This document shows, piece after piece, positions 8,336-18,152 of a stretch of 30,496 nt of DNA. Where the stretch lies: the IMG/VR virus record IMGVR_UViG_3300031973_000258, positions 1-30,496 of that record; one strand, given 5' to 3'. Positions within the stretch are counted from its first letter, which is position 1. Each line of letters begins with the position of its first letter. The DNA is from a virus. Taxonomy: Duplodnaviria > Caudoviricetes. Position numbers and translations under genes: made by a program. The notes beneath the pieces are model-generated. The model was not told the DNA's origin. It made no database searches and saw nothing but the letters and a program-made list of their open reading frames with translations.

Positions 8336-11300
8336 ATGGTTTTATCAGTTGATAGTTTTCTTCCTCTTGAAAAAGATGAAGAGAAAAAAAGTAAACTAAC
8401 ATTCGATAGTTTTTCTAAATCCAATTCGTATGATTCATCATATTTATTTGGAGATGATAAAGTAAACTTTAATCGTGATGATATATATACTATACAAAAT
8501 AAATTAGGCACTTCAAAATTACCTTTTGTTGAAGGTGATGACTATGATCAAAGTAAAATAGAACCTGGTAAAGCAGCTAGATATGGCTGGTATCAAGGTT
8601 GGTCTGGTGCATTATATACTTCATCAGGTATTCCTGGATGGTTTGATAGAGGGTTAGATGGTATAGTTAATTTTTTTGGTGGTGATGCAGATAAGTGGGC
8701 ATATGACTATTACTATGGAGAAGATTTTGCAAAAGATAATGGTATTCTTACAGATCAAGATTACAATGATGTTAGTAAAAAATTAAATAGTAAAGTATTA
8801 TTTAGAAATAACAAAGAGATGCCAGGAGAACCTGGATCTTTTAAACGTGCAACTTTTCATGCACTTGCAACTATAGACCAATTTGAAAATTATCTTAAAG
8901 ATAAATCTTATGGCATGCGCCCAGAAGAACAAGACTGGTATCAGGGATTTAAACCACAAGGCATTTTAGAAAAAACAATTAGTGGTTTTGCTAGTGCGCC
9001 TGCAATTATACCTACTATTGGTTTAGCAACATATTTAACTAGAAGTCCTATGGCAGGATTTGCACTTGTTAGTTTTTTAGATTCCTATGAACAAGATTTT
9101 GCAGATGTTTTTTGGAATACAGGACTTGGTGCTATTGAAGGTAAAGCATTTGGTGCTGTAGTAGGATCTAATCTTACTTGGAAAGGTAAGGCTGCAGGTT
9201 TTGCTGCTATAGGCGCAAGTAGTGCTGGCATACATGGTGGAGAATTTGATGACGTTGTATCTGGTGCTATCGTTATGGGTGCCTTTGGTGTGCCTTGGTT
9301 AAGTAAAGGATTAGAGGCTACAGGATTTAGACAAAGAGTAGACCCTAACGTAGCTGCTCTTGAAAAGATGGGTGATAAAATTATTGAAATTAGAAAAGGA
9401 TCAGAAGAAATTGCTAACACTATTCAAAGAACAGATTTGCATAAACAAATAGATGGCATAACTGATTTTACCATAGATAAAAAAGCCTCTGGTTTTGTTA
9501 GAGAAACTAAAAGAGAAGTTTTAGAAATTGATCCACGAGTTCAAGAAAAAAGAAAAAGTATTTCTTCAGACTATAGTGAGCGTGGCAATCTAGAAAAACT
9601 TATACCTACTAAAAAAACAAAACGTCAAATAGAAAAAGGTCAAGACGTTATAACATTTAAAAGACAAACTGCAGAGTCTAAAGAGTATAACCAACCTATA
9701 GACAGAGTAAAACCTTTTGAGGATATAAGAGAAACAAGACAAGATTTAAAATTAGAAGAACAATTAAAACTAGAAGAGACTGCTAAATCTGAAAAAGAAA
9801 AAAGAAAACCTGTATTCGAAGAAGTACTGGTCGAAAGAGATACAGTATTTAGAGATGGAGAGTTATTAGATGTCTATGTAAAATTAGATGGTAAAGGTAA
9901 AGTAATAGGAACAGCAGATTATATTACAAGAACTGAAGGTTTTGACCCTGTTAAAACAGATTTATATGAGGGTTTAGTAATGAAAGCTACTGCAGAATCT
10001 GCACCCACTTCAAAAACAAATACTGTTGCTTTTGCAGAACGATTTGGATTTAAGATTGGAGGAGATGGTGCAGTTATAGCTAAGTTATCTGATCTTGTAA
10101 AATTAAAAGAGGATAAAGGTACTAGAATAAAATCAACTAAAGACTGGTTAAATAAAGCAATAGTAGATACTACAAAAATAAAAACTACTCTTGAAACTCA
10201 ATTAAGTAAAAGAGTTAATGACTATAGTAAAGTTTTAGATAGAACAACAGATACAGCTAATAAAGTTTTTTCTGCACTACTAGATAAAGATGCATTTAAA
10301 AATGTTGGATTGTCCCAAGAAAAAAGCGGAATTGAAGTAGACCATCTTATATATAGTTATAAAATGGATGGCTCTAAATCTCGTAAGAAAGGTAAAGATG
10401 GTAGGCCACAAGAAAAAGATATAAATGAAAAAAATGTATCTGGCGTATTTAAAATGTTAAATGATGGTTTACGTTTTACAGAAACATATATAAATCCTCC
10501 AAAAATGATAGGTGGTATTGAGAGTAGCCGATTAATTAAAGCCTATGTATCTGCACTTGAAAAAATGAATTATGAAACGCAAGCATTAATAAACCTTGTT
10601 GATTACAAAAAAAGAGTTGTTACAGAAAAAGGCGATGTTTTTGATCAAAAGTATATCTTTGAAGAAGGTGCTGGAGTAAAAGGAATACGTTCTGTTGTAA
10701 GCACAGCCTTAAATGATGTTGTTGTTCAGCGTGGACTTGATGGTGCTATGACAAAATTTGAAGCTCTTATACAACGTGGGGGTAAAGAAGGTATAAATTC
10801 TGCTTTAAAAATTATGAGGGCTAGAATTGACCGTGATAATATAATGTATGATTCTGCTATTAAAAATGTTACAGGTAAAGATAGAACTAGTGCAAAGATA
10901 GAAAAAGAATATTTATCAAAAAATTCTGATGGTACATTTAAATATCAAATGACATACGAAAGAATGCAAAAAGAGTTTAAATTAACTAAAGAAGAAATAG
11001 ATATAATTAAATTAATGGATCAAGGCTTGTATCTTAAAGCCTTAATATATAATAATGCTGTTGGTAAATTTAAATCACAAGATTCTAAGCCAATACAGAT
11101 AAGGCCAAACTATGATCCTCGTTCTTGGTTTGGTTTAGAAAGAGCATTTATAAAGGCTAAAGAAAAAACAACATTAGAATCTGGACAGATAATGAATAAA
11201 GGGGATACTGTTGCAGTAATACCTGGACATACTAGGCCTGAGTTAAATAGGTTTATGAAAGTATTTTTACAAAGAAATCCAGAGTTTGCAGATACCAGTA

Positions 11301-13513
11301 AATTTTCTGTTAATAAATTTAGAAAAAATGAATACGGGGAAAGAACAGGACAACCTTTAATAGACGCATTTTTAACAACACATGAATACCATAAGTTATT
11401 ACCTGCAGATGTTGTATCTAAAATTCGTAAAGTAGAATCAGAAGTAAGAGCAAAGAATAGATTTTTTGTAGCCCCTGTGCAAAGAAAAGGTGTTAGGGGA
11501 GCTGCTGGTGAACAGCCAGGTATGGAAGGTTTACAAAATTATATAAGAGCACACAAAGATTATGGTAGAGGTGCAATTAGAGCTGCTAAAGGTATGGAGT
11601 TTAGGCATAACTGGGAAATACATTTAAATAGTGAAATAGGACAACGTTGGAGAAAAGACTTTCCTAATCAAATGAAAGTTATAGAAATGTATTTAGATAA
11701 TGCATTAGGTAGAAATGATGCTGCTGTAACAAAAGTTATAAATAAAACTGTAGATGTTATAGGGGAAAATTTTAGAAACATGGTAGGCAATGTGCCATTG
11801 TTAAATAAACTACCAGATGCTATTTTAACGGCTAACAAAATAACATTATATTCTAAATTATTATTTTGGAATGTTAGATTTATGTCTGCACAAGTTGTTC
11901 AGCCTTGGCAAGTTGTTATACCAAAATTAGAACAATTAAAAGTAGACTACAATATTAAAGGCAGTACATCTGAGGCATTAGCAAGAGGATCTTATGAAAT
12001 ATTTTTTAGATCGGATAAAGAATTTGTAAAGGCATTAGGTGTTGCAGTAGAACGTGGAGTTATTGATCAAAAGTTTTTAAAAGAGTTTAATGATTATATA
12101 CAATCAGGAGGTTCAGTTAGAACGCCTGGCCAAAGAAAAATAGAAACTATGTTAGATGCAACTAGTGGTAAGACAGCTAGTGGTGCATTAGAAAGATTTA
12201 GTAGATTGCAATCGTTTGCATTTATGTATTACTTCTTAAAGAGTGGAAAACGAGATAAAGAAGTTGGTAAAAAACAAATGATAGAAGAAGCAGGTGAATT
12301 AAGTAATAATCTAATGGTTGAATATGATTATAAGAATCGTGCATTTTTATATGGCAATAAAGGTTTAGGTGCTTTAGGATCATTTATTGGATTATTTAAA
12401 ACATTTCAACATAACTATTATGGTAAAACTGCAGAGTATGTAAGAACTTGGGCAAGAAATGGATTTAAAAAAGGTGCAGAACCTTTACTATTTCATATAT
12501 ACTCACAGATATTTACCGCTGGTTTATTTGGTTTGATGGCTATTGAACAAGCTGATGCCTTAGTAGATTGGATGAATGGTGTACTTTCAAGTTATGGTAA
12601 AGAACCCATGTTTACAACACCAAGTGATTTAATTTTAGTTTCAGATTTACCTACATCTGCAAAATTTGGATTACCTTCTGCTGCAATGGGAGGAGATATG
12701 TCATCTACATTAGCTGCTCCTGGTATGGGATTGGCTGATATATTTAGTTTTCCGTCTATGGATTATCTATTTGGTTTAATGAATAGTAACAATTCAGGTA
12801 TAGTTGGTGAAGGATTTAATTTTATAGGCAAGACTGTGGCTGGTTCTATGACTGATGCAGACGTATATAAATTTTTAAAAGTCACTGCACCTCCAGTATT
12901 ACAAGGTGAGATCGATAGACGTTGGGGAGTAAACGTAACACAAGAAGGCGACCTTGTTCCAAAACCAGCTATATCTTTATTTGGTAAAGAGGGTATATTT
13001 AATCCATGGAGAGAAGATCCAAGAGCAACTGTTCATGATGATGTATCTAACGTATTCTATGAAAAAGTAAAAGATAAGTATGTTATTAGAGATCCATATA
13101 AAGGAATGCGTGGTAAAATTAAAAGAGATGCAGAAGGATTTTTATACAAATATTTATCTGGTAAAAGTTTTGAAGAGAGTTTAGTATTAAAGGCTATTTA
13201 TGCTAACAATAAAATAAGTAGAAATATTAAAACTAAAAAAGAAGCTATGGTTGTAGGCGCATCTTTAGAATTACTTAACCAAAGATATACTACAGCAATG
13301 TTTTATGTTGAGGCTTTGATTGCTCAAGGTTATACATATGATGAAGCTATGAAAAAAATATTTAATAGAATGGAAATGATGAACAATACAGTTATTGATA
13401 GAATTAAAGGACTGGATAAACCATCAAAAATGAAACAAAGCAGTTTCTTATTGGATGTACTACACAATAATAGATTAGATGATAGCTACATTCCAGGATC
13501 TGCATATGATTAA
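8336..13513 (+). CDS. Large internal virion/ejection protein (positional analogue of T7 gp16)
   Basis: 1725 aa; G/A-rich hydrophobic segments at about aa 215-325 and near the C-terminus; last and largest gene of the core-protein block. Confidence 0.6.
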   Translation: MVLSVDSFLPLEKDEEKKSKLTFDSFSKSNSYDSSYLFGDDKVNFNRDDIYTIQNKLGTSKLPFVEGDDYDQSKIEPGKAARYGWYQGWSGALYTSSGIPGWFDRGLDGIVNFFGGDADKWAYDYYYGEDFAKDNGILTDQDYNDVSKKLNSKVLFRNNKEMPGEPGSFKRATFHALATIDQFENYLKDKSYGMRPEEQDWYQGFKPQGILEKTISGFASAPAIIPTIGLATYLTRSPMAGFALVSFLDSYEQDFADVFWNTGLGAIEGKAFGAVVGSNLTWKGKAAGFAAIGASSAGIHGGEFDDVVSGAIVMGAFGVPWLSKGLEATGFRQRVDPNVAALEKMGDKIIEIRKGSEEIANTIQRTDLHKQIDGITDFTIDKKASGFVRETKREVLEIDPRVQEKRKSISSDYSERGNLEKLIPTKKTKRQIEKGQDVITFKRQTAESKEYNQPIDRVKPFEDIRETRQDLKLEEQLKLEETAKSEKEKRKPVFEEVLVERDTVFRDGELLDVYVKLDGKGKVIGTADYITRTEGFDPVKTDLYEGLVMKATAESAPTSKTNTVAFAERFGFKIGGDGAVIAKLSDLVKLKEDKGTRIKSTKDWLNKAIVDTTKIKTTLETQLSKRVNDYSKVLDRTTDTANKVFSALLDKDAFKNVGLSQEKSGIEVDHLIYSYKMDGSKSRKKGKDGRPQEKDINEKNVSGVFKMLNDGLRFTETYINPPKMIGGIESSRLIKAYVSALEKMNYETQALINLVDYKKRVVTEKGDVFDQKYIFEEGAGVKGIRSVVSTALNDVVVQRGLDGAMTKFEALIQRGGKEGINSALKIMRARIDRDNIMYDSAIKNVTGKDRTSAKIEKEYLSKNSDGTFKYQMTYERMQKEFKLTKEEIDIIKLMDQGLYLKALIYNNAVGKFKSQDSKPIQIRPNYDPRSWFGLERAFIKAKEKTTLESGQIMNKGDTVAVIPGHTRPELNRFMKVFLQRNPEFADTSKFSVNKFRKNEYGERTGQPLIDAFLTTHEYHKLLPADVVSKIRKVESEVRAKNRFFVAPVQRKGVRGAAGEQPGMEGLQNYIRAHKDYGRGAIRAAKGMEFRHNWEIHLNSEIGQRWRKDFPNQMKVIEMYLDNALGRNDAAVTKVINKTVDVIGENFRNMVGNVPLLNKLPDAILTANKITLYSKLLFWNVRFMSAQVVQPWQVVIPKLEQLKVDYNIKGSTSEALARGSYEIFFRSDKEFVKALGVAVERGVIDQKFLKEFNDYIQSGGSVRTPGQRKIETMLDATSGKTASGALERFSRLQSFAFMYYFLKSGKRDKEVGKKQMIEEAGELSNNLMVEYDYKNRAFLYGNKGLGALGSFIGLFKTFQHNYYGKTAEYVRTWARNGFKKGAEPLLFHIYSQIFTAGLFGLMAIEQADALVDWMNGVLSSYGKEPMFTTPSDLILVSDLPTSAKFGLPSAAMGGDMSSTLAAPGMGLADIFSFPSMDYLFGLMNSNNSGIVGEGFNFIGKTVAGSMTDADVYKFLKVTAPPVLQGEIDRRWGVNVTQEGDLVPKPAISLFGKEGIFNPWREDPRATVHDDVSNVFYEKVKDKYVIRDPYKGMRGKIKRDAEGFLYKYLSGKSFEESLVLKAIYANNKISRNIKTKKEAMVVGASLELLNQRYTTAMFYVEALIAQGYTYDEAMKKIFNRMEMMNNTVIDRIKGLDKPSKMKQSSFLLDVLHNNRLDDSYIPGSAYD

Positions 13514-13524
13514 AGGAGATAAAA

Positions 13525-13956
13525 ATGCCATTTGAAATGATAACCATGCTAGGGTCTACCGTACTTGGTGGCATCATGAGTATATGGTCACAAAGCATAA
13601 AAGCAAAACAAGCAGAACAAAAGATGTTATTGCAACGAGCTGAAGTACAGACTGCAGCTTTTAAAGAAGCAAGAGAATATGAGAACGTAGGATTTCAGTG
13701 GACTAGAAGGATCATAGCATTAACTGCTATATTCGCTATTGTAGTTCTACCTAAGATACTACCATTAATTAGTCCTGATGCTCATGTTATTGTAGGATAT
13801 ACAGAATGGAAGCCAGGCTTCTTATTCTTTGAAGGTAAAGATGTAATGCAGTGGGTGCCTATGGCGCATAAAGGTATAGTGATTACCCCACTAGATACTA
13901 ACTTAGTTGCGGCTATTATAGGCCTATACTTTGGAGGATCGCTAGTTAAAAAATAA
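13525..13956 (+). CDS. Putative holin (3TM, GTA-holin-like)
   Basis: AAGGAG RBS; three hydrophobic segments; W-TRR before TM2; IIGLYFGGSLVKK C-terminus. Confidence 0.55.
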   Translation: MPFEMITMLGSTVLGGIMSIWSQSIKAKQAEQKMLLQRAEVQTAAFKEAREYENVGFQWTRRIIALTAIFAIVVLPKILPLISPDAHVIVGYTEWKPGFLFFEGKDVMQWVPMAHKGIVITPLDTNLVAAIIGLYFGGSLVKK

Positions 13957-14171
13957 TGTATTGGGTAATTACGGTAATGCTAATGTTTCATGGTACAGAT
14001 GTACTAGTGGAGAGAGAATATAAACTTAAACAGTTTAATGACGATTGGAGTTGTCATGAATATATTCACGAGAATAAAATTGATCTGTTAAAACAACATG
14101 TTCTTGACTACCCTAACCAATTAAAAAGTTTTGAATTTTATTGCGAAAGCAGATACGGAGAAGAAGTATGA
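13956..14171 (+). CDS. Small protein with a hydrophobic N-terminus and two Cys
   Basis: TAATG coupling to the upstream gene; MYWVITVMLMF; F...WSC and FYC motifs. Confidence 0.65.
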   Translation: MYWVITVMLMFHGTDVLVEREYKLKQFNDDWSCHEYIHENKIDLLKQHVLDYPNQLKSFEFYCESRYGEEV

Positions 14172-14896
14172 TAAGAAGTATAGGCATAGCTGTAATAATT
14201 ACAGTATGTATGTTGTGGGCCTTTAGCGCATTAATGGATTCTGCTATGGCAGACGTAACTGGTGCTGGTAGTACCACAAATGATCAGGTAACTTCTGGAT
14301 CATCATCAAGTAATACGGCTATAACAGGAGGATATCACAGTGAAGCAACAACAAACTATCAATCAGGATCTTCTCAAAATACAACCACAACCAACACAAC
14401 CAACAACAATAACAACTCCTATACAGGAGACACTAGAACTGTGCCTTCAGCATCTGCTCCTGGCATCTCTGCTATGTCTCAAGATCTGTGTACTGTTGGC
14501 GTTGGTATAGGAATACAAAAGCCACTTATAGGCGGCAGTATTGGTATTACTAAACGTGATATGAATTGTGAACGTATGAAACTGGCTAAACTTCTTTTTG
14601 ATTTTAATATGAAGGTTAGTGCTGTTGCTATATTATGTCAAGATGCAAGAGTATTTCAAAGCATGGTCATGGCAGGCACACCTTGTCCGTTCCAAGGAAA
14701 GATAGGTGATGAAGCTCTAGCTGAATGGAATAAATATGATCAGCAAAGACCAGACTACGAAGAATATACTAAGGCTCTTAATTATATGCAAAGAGTTGAT
14801 AATAAAATTGCAATAGAATTAGAACAAGAGGCTAACCCAGATGAACAAATTATTACTGACGGTAACGGCAATCGTATTAAACTCGGTAACGATTAG
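14168..14896 (+). CDS. Exported Cys-containing hypothetical protein (start moved to ATG 14168)
   Basis: ATGA overlap with the upstream stop and GGAG RBS; signal-peptide-like MIRSIGIAVIITVCMLWAFSALMDSAMA; S/T/N-rich linker; four Cys in the mature region. Confidence 0.75.
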   Translation: MIRSIGIAVIITVCMLWAFSALMDSAMADVTGAGSTTNDQVTSGSSSSNTAITGGYHSEATTNYQSGSSQNTTTTNTTNNNNNSYTGDTRTVPSASAPGISAMSQDLCTVGVGIGIQKPLIGGSIGITKRDMNCERMKLAKLLFDFNMKVSAVAILCQDARVFQSMVMAGTPCPFQGKIGDEALAEWNKYDQQRPDYEEYTKALNYMQRVDNKIAIELEQEANPDEQIITDGNGNRIKLGND

Positions 14897-16667
14897 TGCG
14901 GATACTGTTGTAGTCATACCTGACACGCCCAATGTGGGAGATTTTACTACTGTTACAACTGTGACAACAGGTAATCCTGTTACTAGTAATAACTTGATAA
15001 GCCAAGATTTTGCTGATGGTACTTGGAATGGTACTATGTTTCCAGATAATTCTGATCTCAATCACTCAACTTGGTTAACTGGTAAAGAGGGTAAGTATGC
15101 AGAAACTTCAATAGACTCAGAAGATTATGTTTCACTAGAAGAACTAAAACTAGGTTTTACTTCAAACTTTATGGCTAATATCAGGTGGTGGAATCAGGTT
15201 GAATCTACTGTTACCATGACACAATCTATTAGTAATGGTATCGACACCACAACACAAAGCACAACTTTTGAAGATACTACAAACTCTAGCTATCAGGTAA
15301 ATCCATATGGTAATACTTTAGTAGTTAATCCTGATGCCAATATGACACACGGCACGGCAACCTATAGATTTGATTTTGATATTATAAACAACAATCAAGC
15401 AGGTTATAATGGAGGGCATGCGGGCGTGGATGTGCGAGATCCATCTGCCAGGATAGACTATACCGCTTTATCTAGTACTACTATAAGTGAGATAACATAT
15501 TGTTGGCAACAGACACCGCCAACGTGTCCAGGTCAGGAAGAGATAGAAGATGTTCAGGATATTATTGAAGAGATAGATACTATTATAGTTGACTTTGAAG
15601 TGCCAGAAGATACATTTTTACCTGAGTATGTGGAGATAGACTATGAGTTTAATAATATCTTTGAAGATGAAATTATAATAGAAGAAGATACATTTGAAAT
15701 TTTAGCACTTGATAAATTTTTTTTTGAAGAGGATTACTTTCAAACTGACTATTACGAAGAGCCTGAATTGGAAGTCTTTTTTCCAGAAGATATTATGTTG
15801 GTAGAAGAAATAGAAATGTTTGATGCGCTACCACCAATAGAAATGTTTGAAGAAATGCCAGTAATTGAAGAGATATATGAGGCAGTGCCTGAAACAATGT
15901 TTGTAGAAGAATTTACAGACGAAATGCAAGAGGAGTTTATAGATGAAGTTGAAGAATATTTTGAAGAGCCTATGGAAGAAATTGCCATGGTTGAAGAAGA
16001 AGTTGTGCCTATGCAAGAAGAACCCAGTATGCCAGTGCAAGAAACAATCCAAGAAGAAGTCGTACAAGAAGAAAGTATCCAAGAAGAGGTTATCGAAGAA
16101 GAACCAACAGAAGAGATAGCAAGTGAAATTGAAGAGCAACCCAGTAGCGAAGAGCCTACTGCAAACGAACCAGAACCAACAACAGAAGTTGCCGAACAAG
16201 AAGAAGTTATCGAGGAGCCAATTGAAGAAGGACCTACAGAAGTTGCAGAAGAGCCAGGAACAGAACCTAAAGGAGACGTGGAAGTTGATCTAGATATTAA
16301 GGTTGCAAAGATTGAACAGGCTATACAAAGTAAAATAAAAAATGTTGCACAACAAATAGATGCAACACTAACGGTTATAAATGAAGTGGTCAGTAGAGAA
16401 ATGATATCTCAAGAACCTGATATGTCATCTTACTTTAATACTAATTTGGCATTGTTTGATACTAGGCAATTGCCATCAGGCAATCAAGATTTTTTTCTAC
16501 AAGCTAGCCTTGCTAGCTACAGTAAACCTATTTACGTTGCACAAGTAAGTATAGCAGATACAGATCCTGTAGTGCAATATCAAATTAAAGTAAACAACGC
16601 AAAACAAAAAACAAATGAAGCATATAAAAAATTAAAGGAGTTATTAAATGCAAGGAATATTCAATAA
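14841..16667 (+). CDS. Exported protein with a beta-rich N-domain, extremely acidic linker and helical C-domain
   Basis: Signal-like MNKLLLTVTAIVLNSVTISA; about 250-aa Glu/Asp-rich tract; coiled-coil-like C-terminus. Confidence 0.75.
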   Translation: MNKLLLTVTAIVLNSVTISADTVVVIPDTPNVGDFTTVTTVTTGNPVTSNNLISQDFADGTWNGTMFPDNSDLNHSTWLTGKEGKYAETSIDSEDYVSLEELKLGFTSNFMANIRWWNQVESTVTMTQSISNGIDTTTQSTTFEDTTNSSYQVNPYGNTLVVNPDANMTHGTATYRFDFDIINNNQAGYNGGHAGVDVRDPSARIDYTALSSTTISEITYCWQQTPPTCPGQEEIEDVQDIIEEIDTIIVDFEVPEDTFLPEYVEIDYEFNNIFEDEIIIEEDTFEILALDKFFFEEDYFQTDYYEEPELEVFFPEDIMLVEEIEMFDALPPIEMFEEMPVIEEIYEAVPETMFVEEFTDEMQEEFIDEVEEYFEEPMEEIAMVEEEVVPMQEEPSMPVQETIQEEVVQEESIQEEVIEEEPTEEIASEIEEQPSSEEPTANEPEPTTEVAEQEEVIEEPIEEGPTEVAEEPGTEPKGDVEVDLDIKVAKIEQAIQSKIKNVAQQIDATLTVINEVVSREMISQEPDMSSYFNTNLALFDTRQLPSGNQDFFLQASLASYSKPIYVAQVSIADTDPVVQYQIKVNNAKQKTNEAYKKLKELLNARNIQ

Positions 16668-16926
16668 ACTAGCTAGTTATGCCGCACTCGCAGGCGTTAT
16701 TGGAGCCATTGGTGGAGGCTTTATGGCGTGGGGTGAGTTTAATAATAGGATAGCACAGTTAGAAAATACAGAGTTTGTAATAAATCAAGAAGTAGATTTA
16801 TCTGATATTATAAAACAATTGGAAGCACTGAAAGGTGATATCAAAATTAATGGGGCTGCATTAGAATATCTTGATGCAAAGATAGAAGAACTAAAAGCTA
16901 TGCAATCAAATCCATTACTGAACTAG
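16648..16926 (+). CDS. Protein with an N-terminal TM anchor and a coiled coil
   Basis: AAGGAG RBS; YAALAGVIGAIGGGFMAWG followed by heptad repeats. Confidence 0.7.
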   Translation: MQGIFNKLASYAALAGVIGAIGGGFMAWGEFNNRIAQLENTEFVINQEVDLSDIIKQLEALKGDIKINGAALEYLDAKIEELKAMQSNPLLN

Positions 16927-16934
16927 GAGCAAAC

Positions 16935-18152
16935 ATGGTAGACACATTAGCACCAAAAAGAATATTTACTCAAAGAGATTTAGATAAAAGTTTAGTACAG
17001 CCAACGCCTGTTGGTCAAAGTATTATGGCACCTGCATCTAATGTACTTGATACGACACCTGATGTTAGCACACAAAAAAGTTTAACGGATACTCCACAAC
17101 CAGATTATGTTGTAGACAAAAATCAAGTATTTAATATGATGCAAAATTTACAGAAAGCATCAAGATCTAGAGTTGCTGAAACTAGAGACACAGTTAAATC
17201 ATCTGAAGAAACTACAAAAGAAAAACAAACAGGCATGCGTACTGAAAGACAAGAGACACCTCAAAGTGGTAGTTTGGTAATGAGACCTGTCGAGTATGCA
17301 GCTGATGGTGTGAAAGATAAAGAAGTAAGTGGCCCAATACTTGTTGGAGAAAAAGGTGCTGAACTTGTAGTGCCAACTGGAGATGGTAAAGTTAGTATAC
17401 TAGATGCTAAGACTACTAGTGGATTGATGATGCCTATGAAAAAAGCTGAAAAAGGAATGGATGATATTAATATAGCTGGTGCTATGAAATCAGATGATGC
17501 ATACACAGATTTTAATATTACAAATTTTTTACTTAAAGATAGAGAAAGTGATGCTCAAGAAAATTTAGAAAAGTTTGTAGATGTTGTGCATAATATAGAA
17601 AGTAGCAGGGGTAAAAATTTAAATAATAAATCTTCAGCTGCTGGAGATTTTCAATTTAAAACTCTAGTGGATCCTGATGATCCTACATCAACAAAAGGAT
17701 CAGCCTTTATGACTGGATTACAAAGAGTAGAAAATTTTTATAAGGCAAACAATCAAACTGTTCCTTACTGGGTACAAGAGGCAAGACAACACAACGATCC
17801 AAATAAATTAAGTTATAAGGAACAAGAAGAATTATTTTTAGTTAACTTACAACAACAAAAAGGCACTGATGATTTGATTAATAAAATGTTAGAGGGTGAC
17901 ATAGAAGCTTCAAAACAATTATACGGACAATTTCATCACACTAAACCTGAAGTTTTAGGTAATCCAAGAGTACAAGATATATTTGATCGTGCATATTTTG
18001 ATACTAAAAAAGGTGCAAGAAAATTTACTGATAGATCTTTAATGTCCATGTTACCAGAAGGAATAACCAATGCGAGAGAGTTTAAACAATATATTGAATC
18101 TGGTTCTGGAGGGTCTATTGGACCTCAAGCTCCTAAAAGAAAAAAACCCTAA
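16935..18152 (+). CDS. Putative virion-associated lytic transglycosylase/lysozyme-fold protein
   Basis: AGGAG RBS; VHNIESSRG...SSAAGDFQF matches SLT motifs I and II (catalytic Glu-Ser; AxGxxQ); also carries a VGEKGAELVVP motif. Confidence 0.6.
   Translation: MVDTLAPKRIFTQRDLDKSLVQPTPVGQSIMAPASNVLDTTPDVSTQKSLTDTPQPDYVVDKNQVFNMMQNLQKASRSRVAETRDTVKSSEETTKEKQTGMRTERQETPQSGSLVMRPVEYAADGVKDKEVSGPILVGEKGAELVVPTGDGKVSILDAKTTSGLMMPMKKAEKGMDDINIAGAMKSDDAYTDFNITNFLLKDRESDAQENLEKFVDVVHNIESSRGKNLNNKSSAAGDFQFKTLVDPDDPTSTKGSAFMTGLQRVENFYKANNQTVPYWVQEARQHNDPNKLSYKEQEELFLVNLQQQKGTDDLINKMLEGDIEASKQLYGQFHHTKPEVLGNPRVQDIFDRAYFDTKKGARKFTDRSLMSMLPEGITNAREFKQYIESGSGGSIGPQAPKRKKP

Noticed and set aside
14380-14420. 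ACAACC/AACAAC short repeats
   Set aside because: They simply encode the Thr/Asn-rich linker of the 242-aa protein.
550-17506. Minus-strand ORFs in the left arm (e.g. 967-1341, 1736-2152, 2666-3052, 9085-9420, 15828-16199)
   Set aside because: They are antisense shadows of well-supported + strand genes, with S/I/F/L-biased composition and no RBS.
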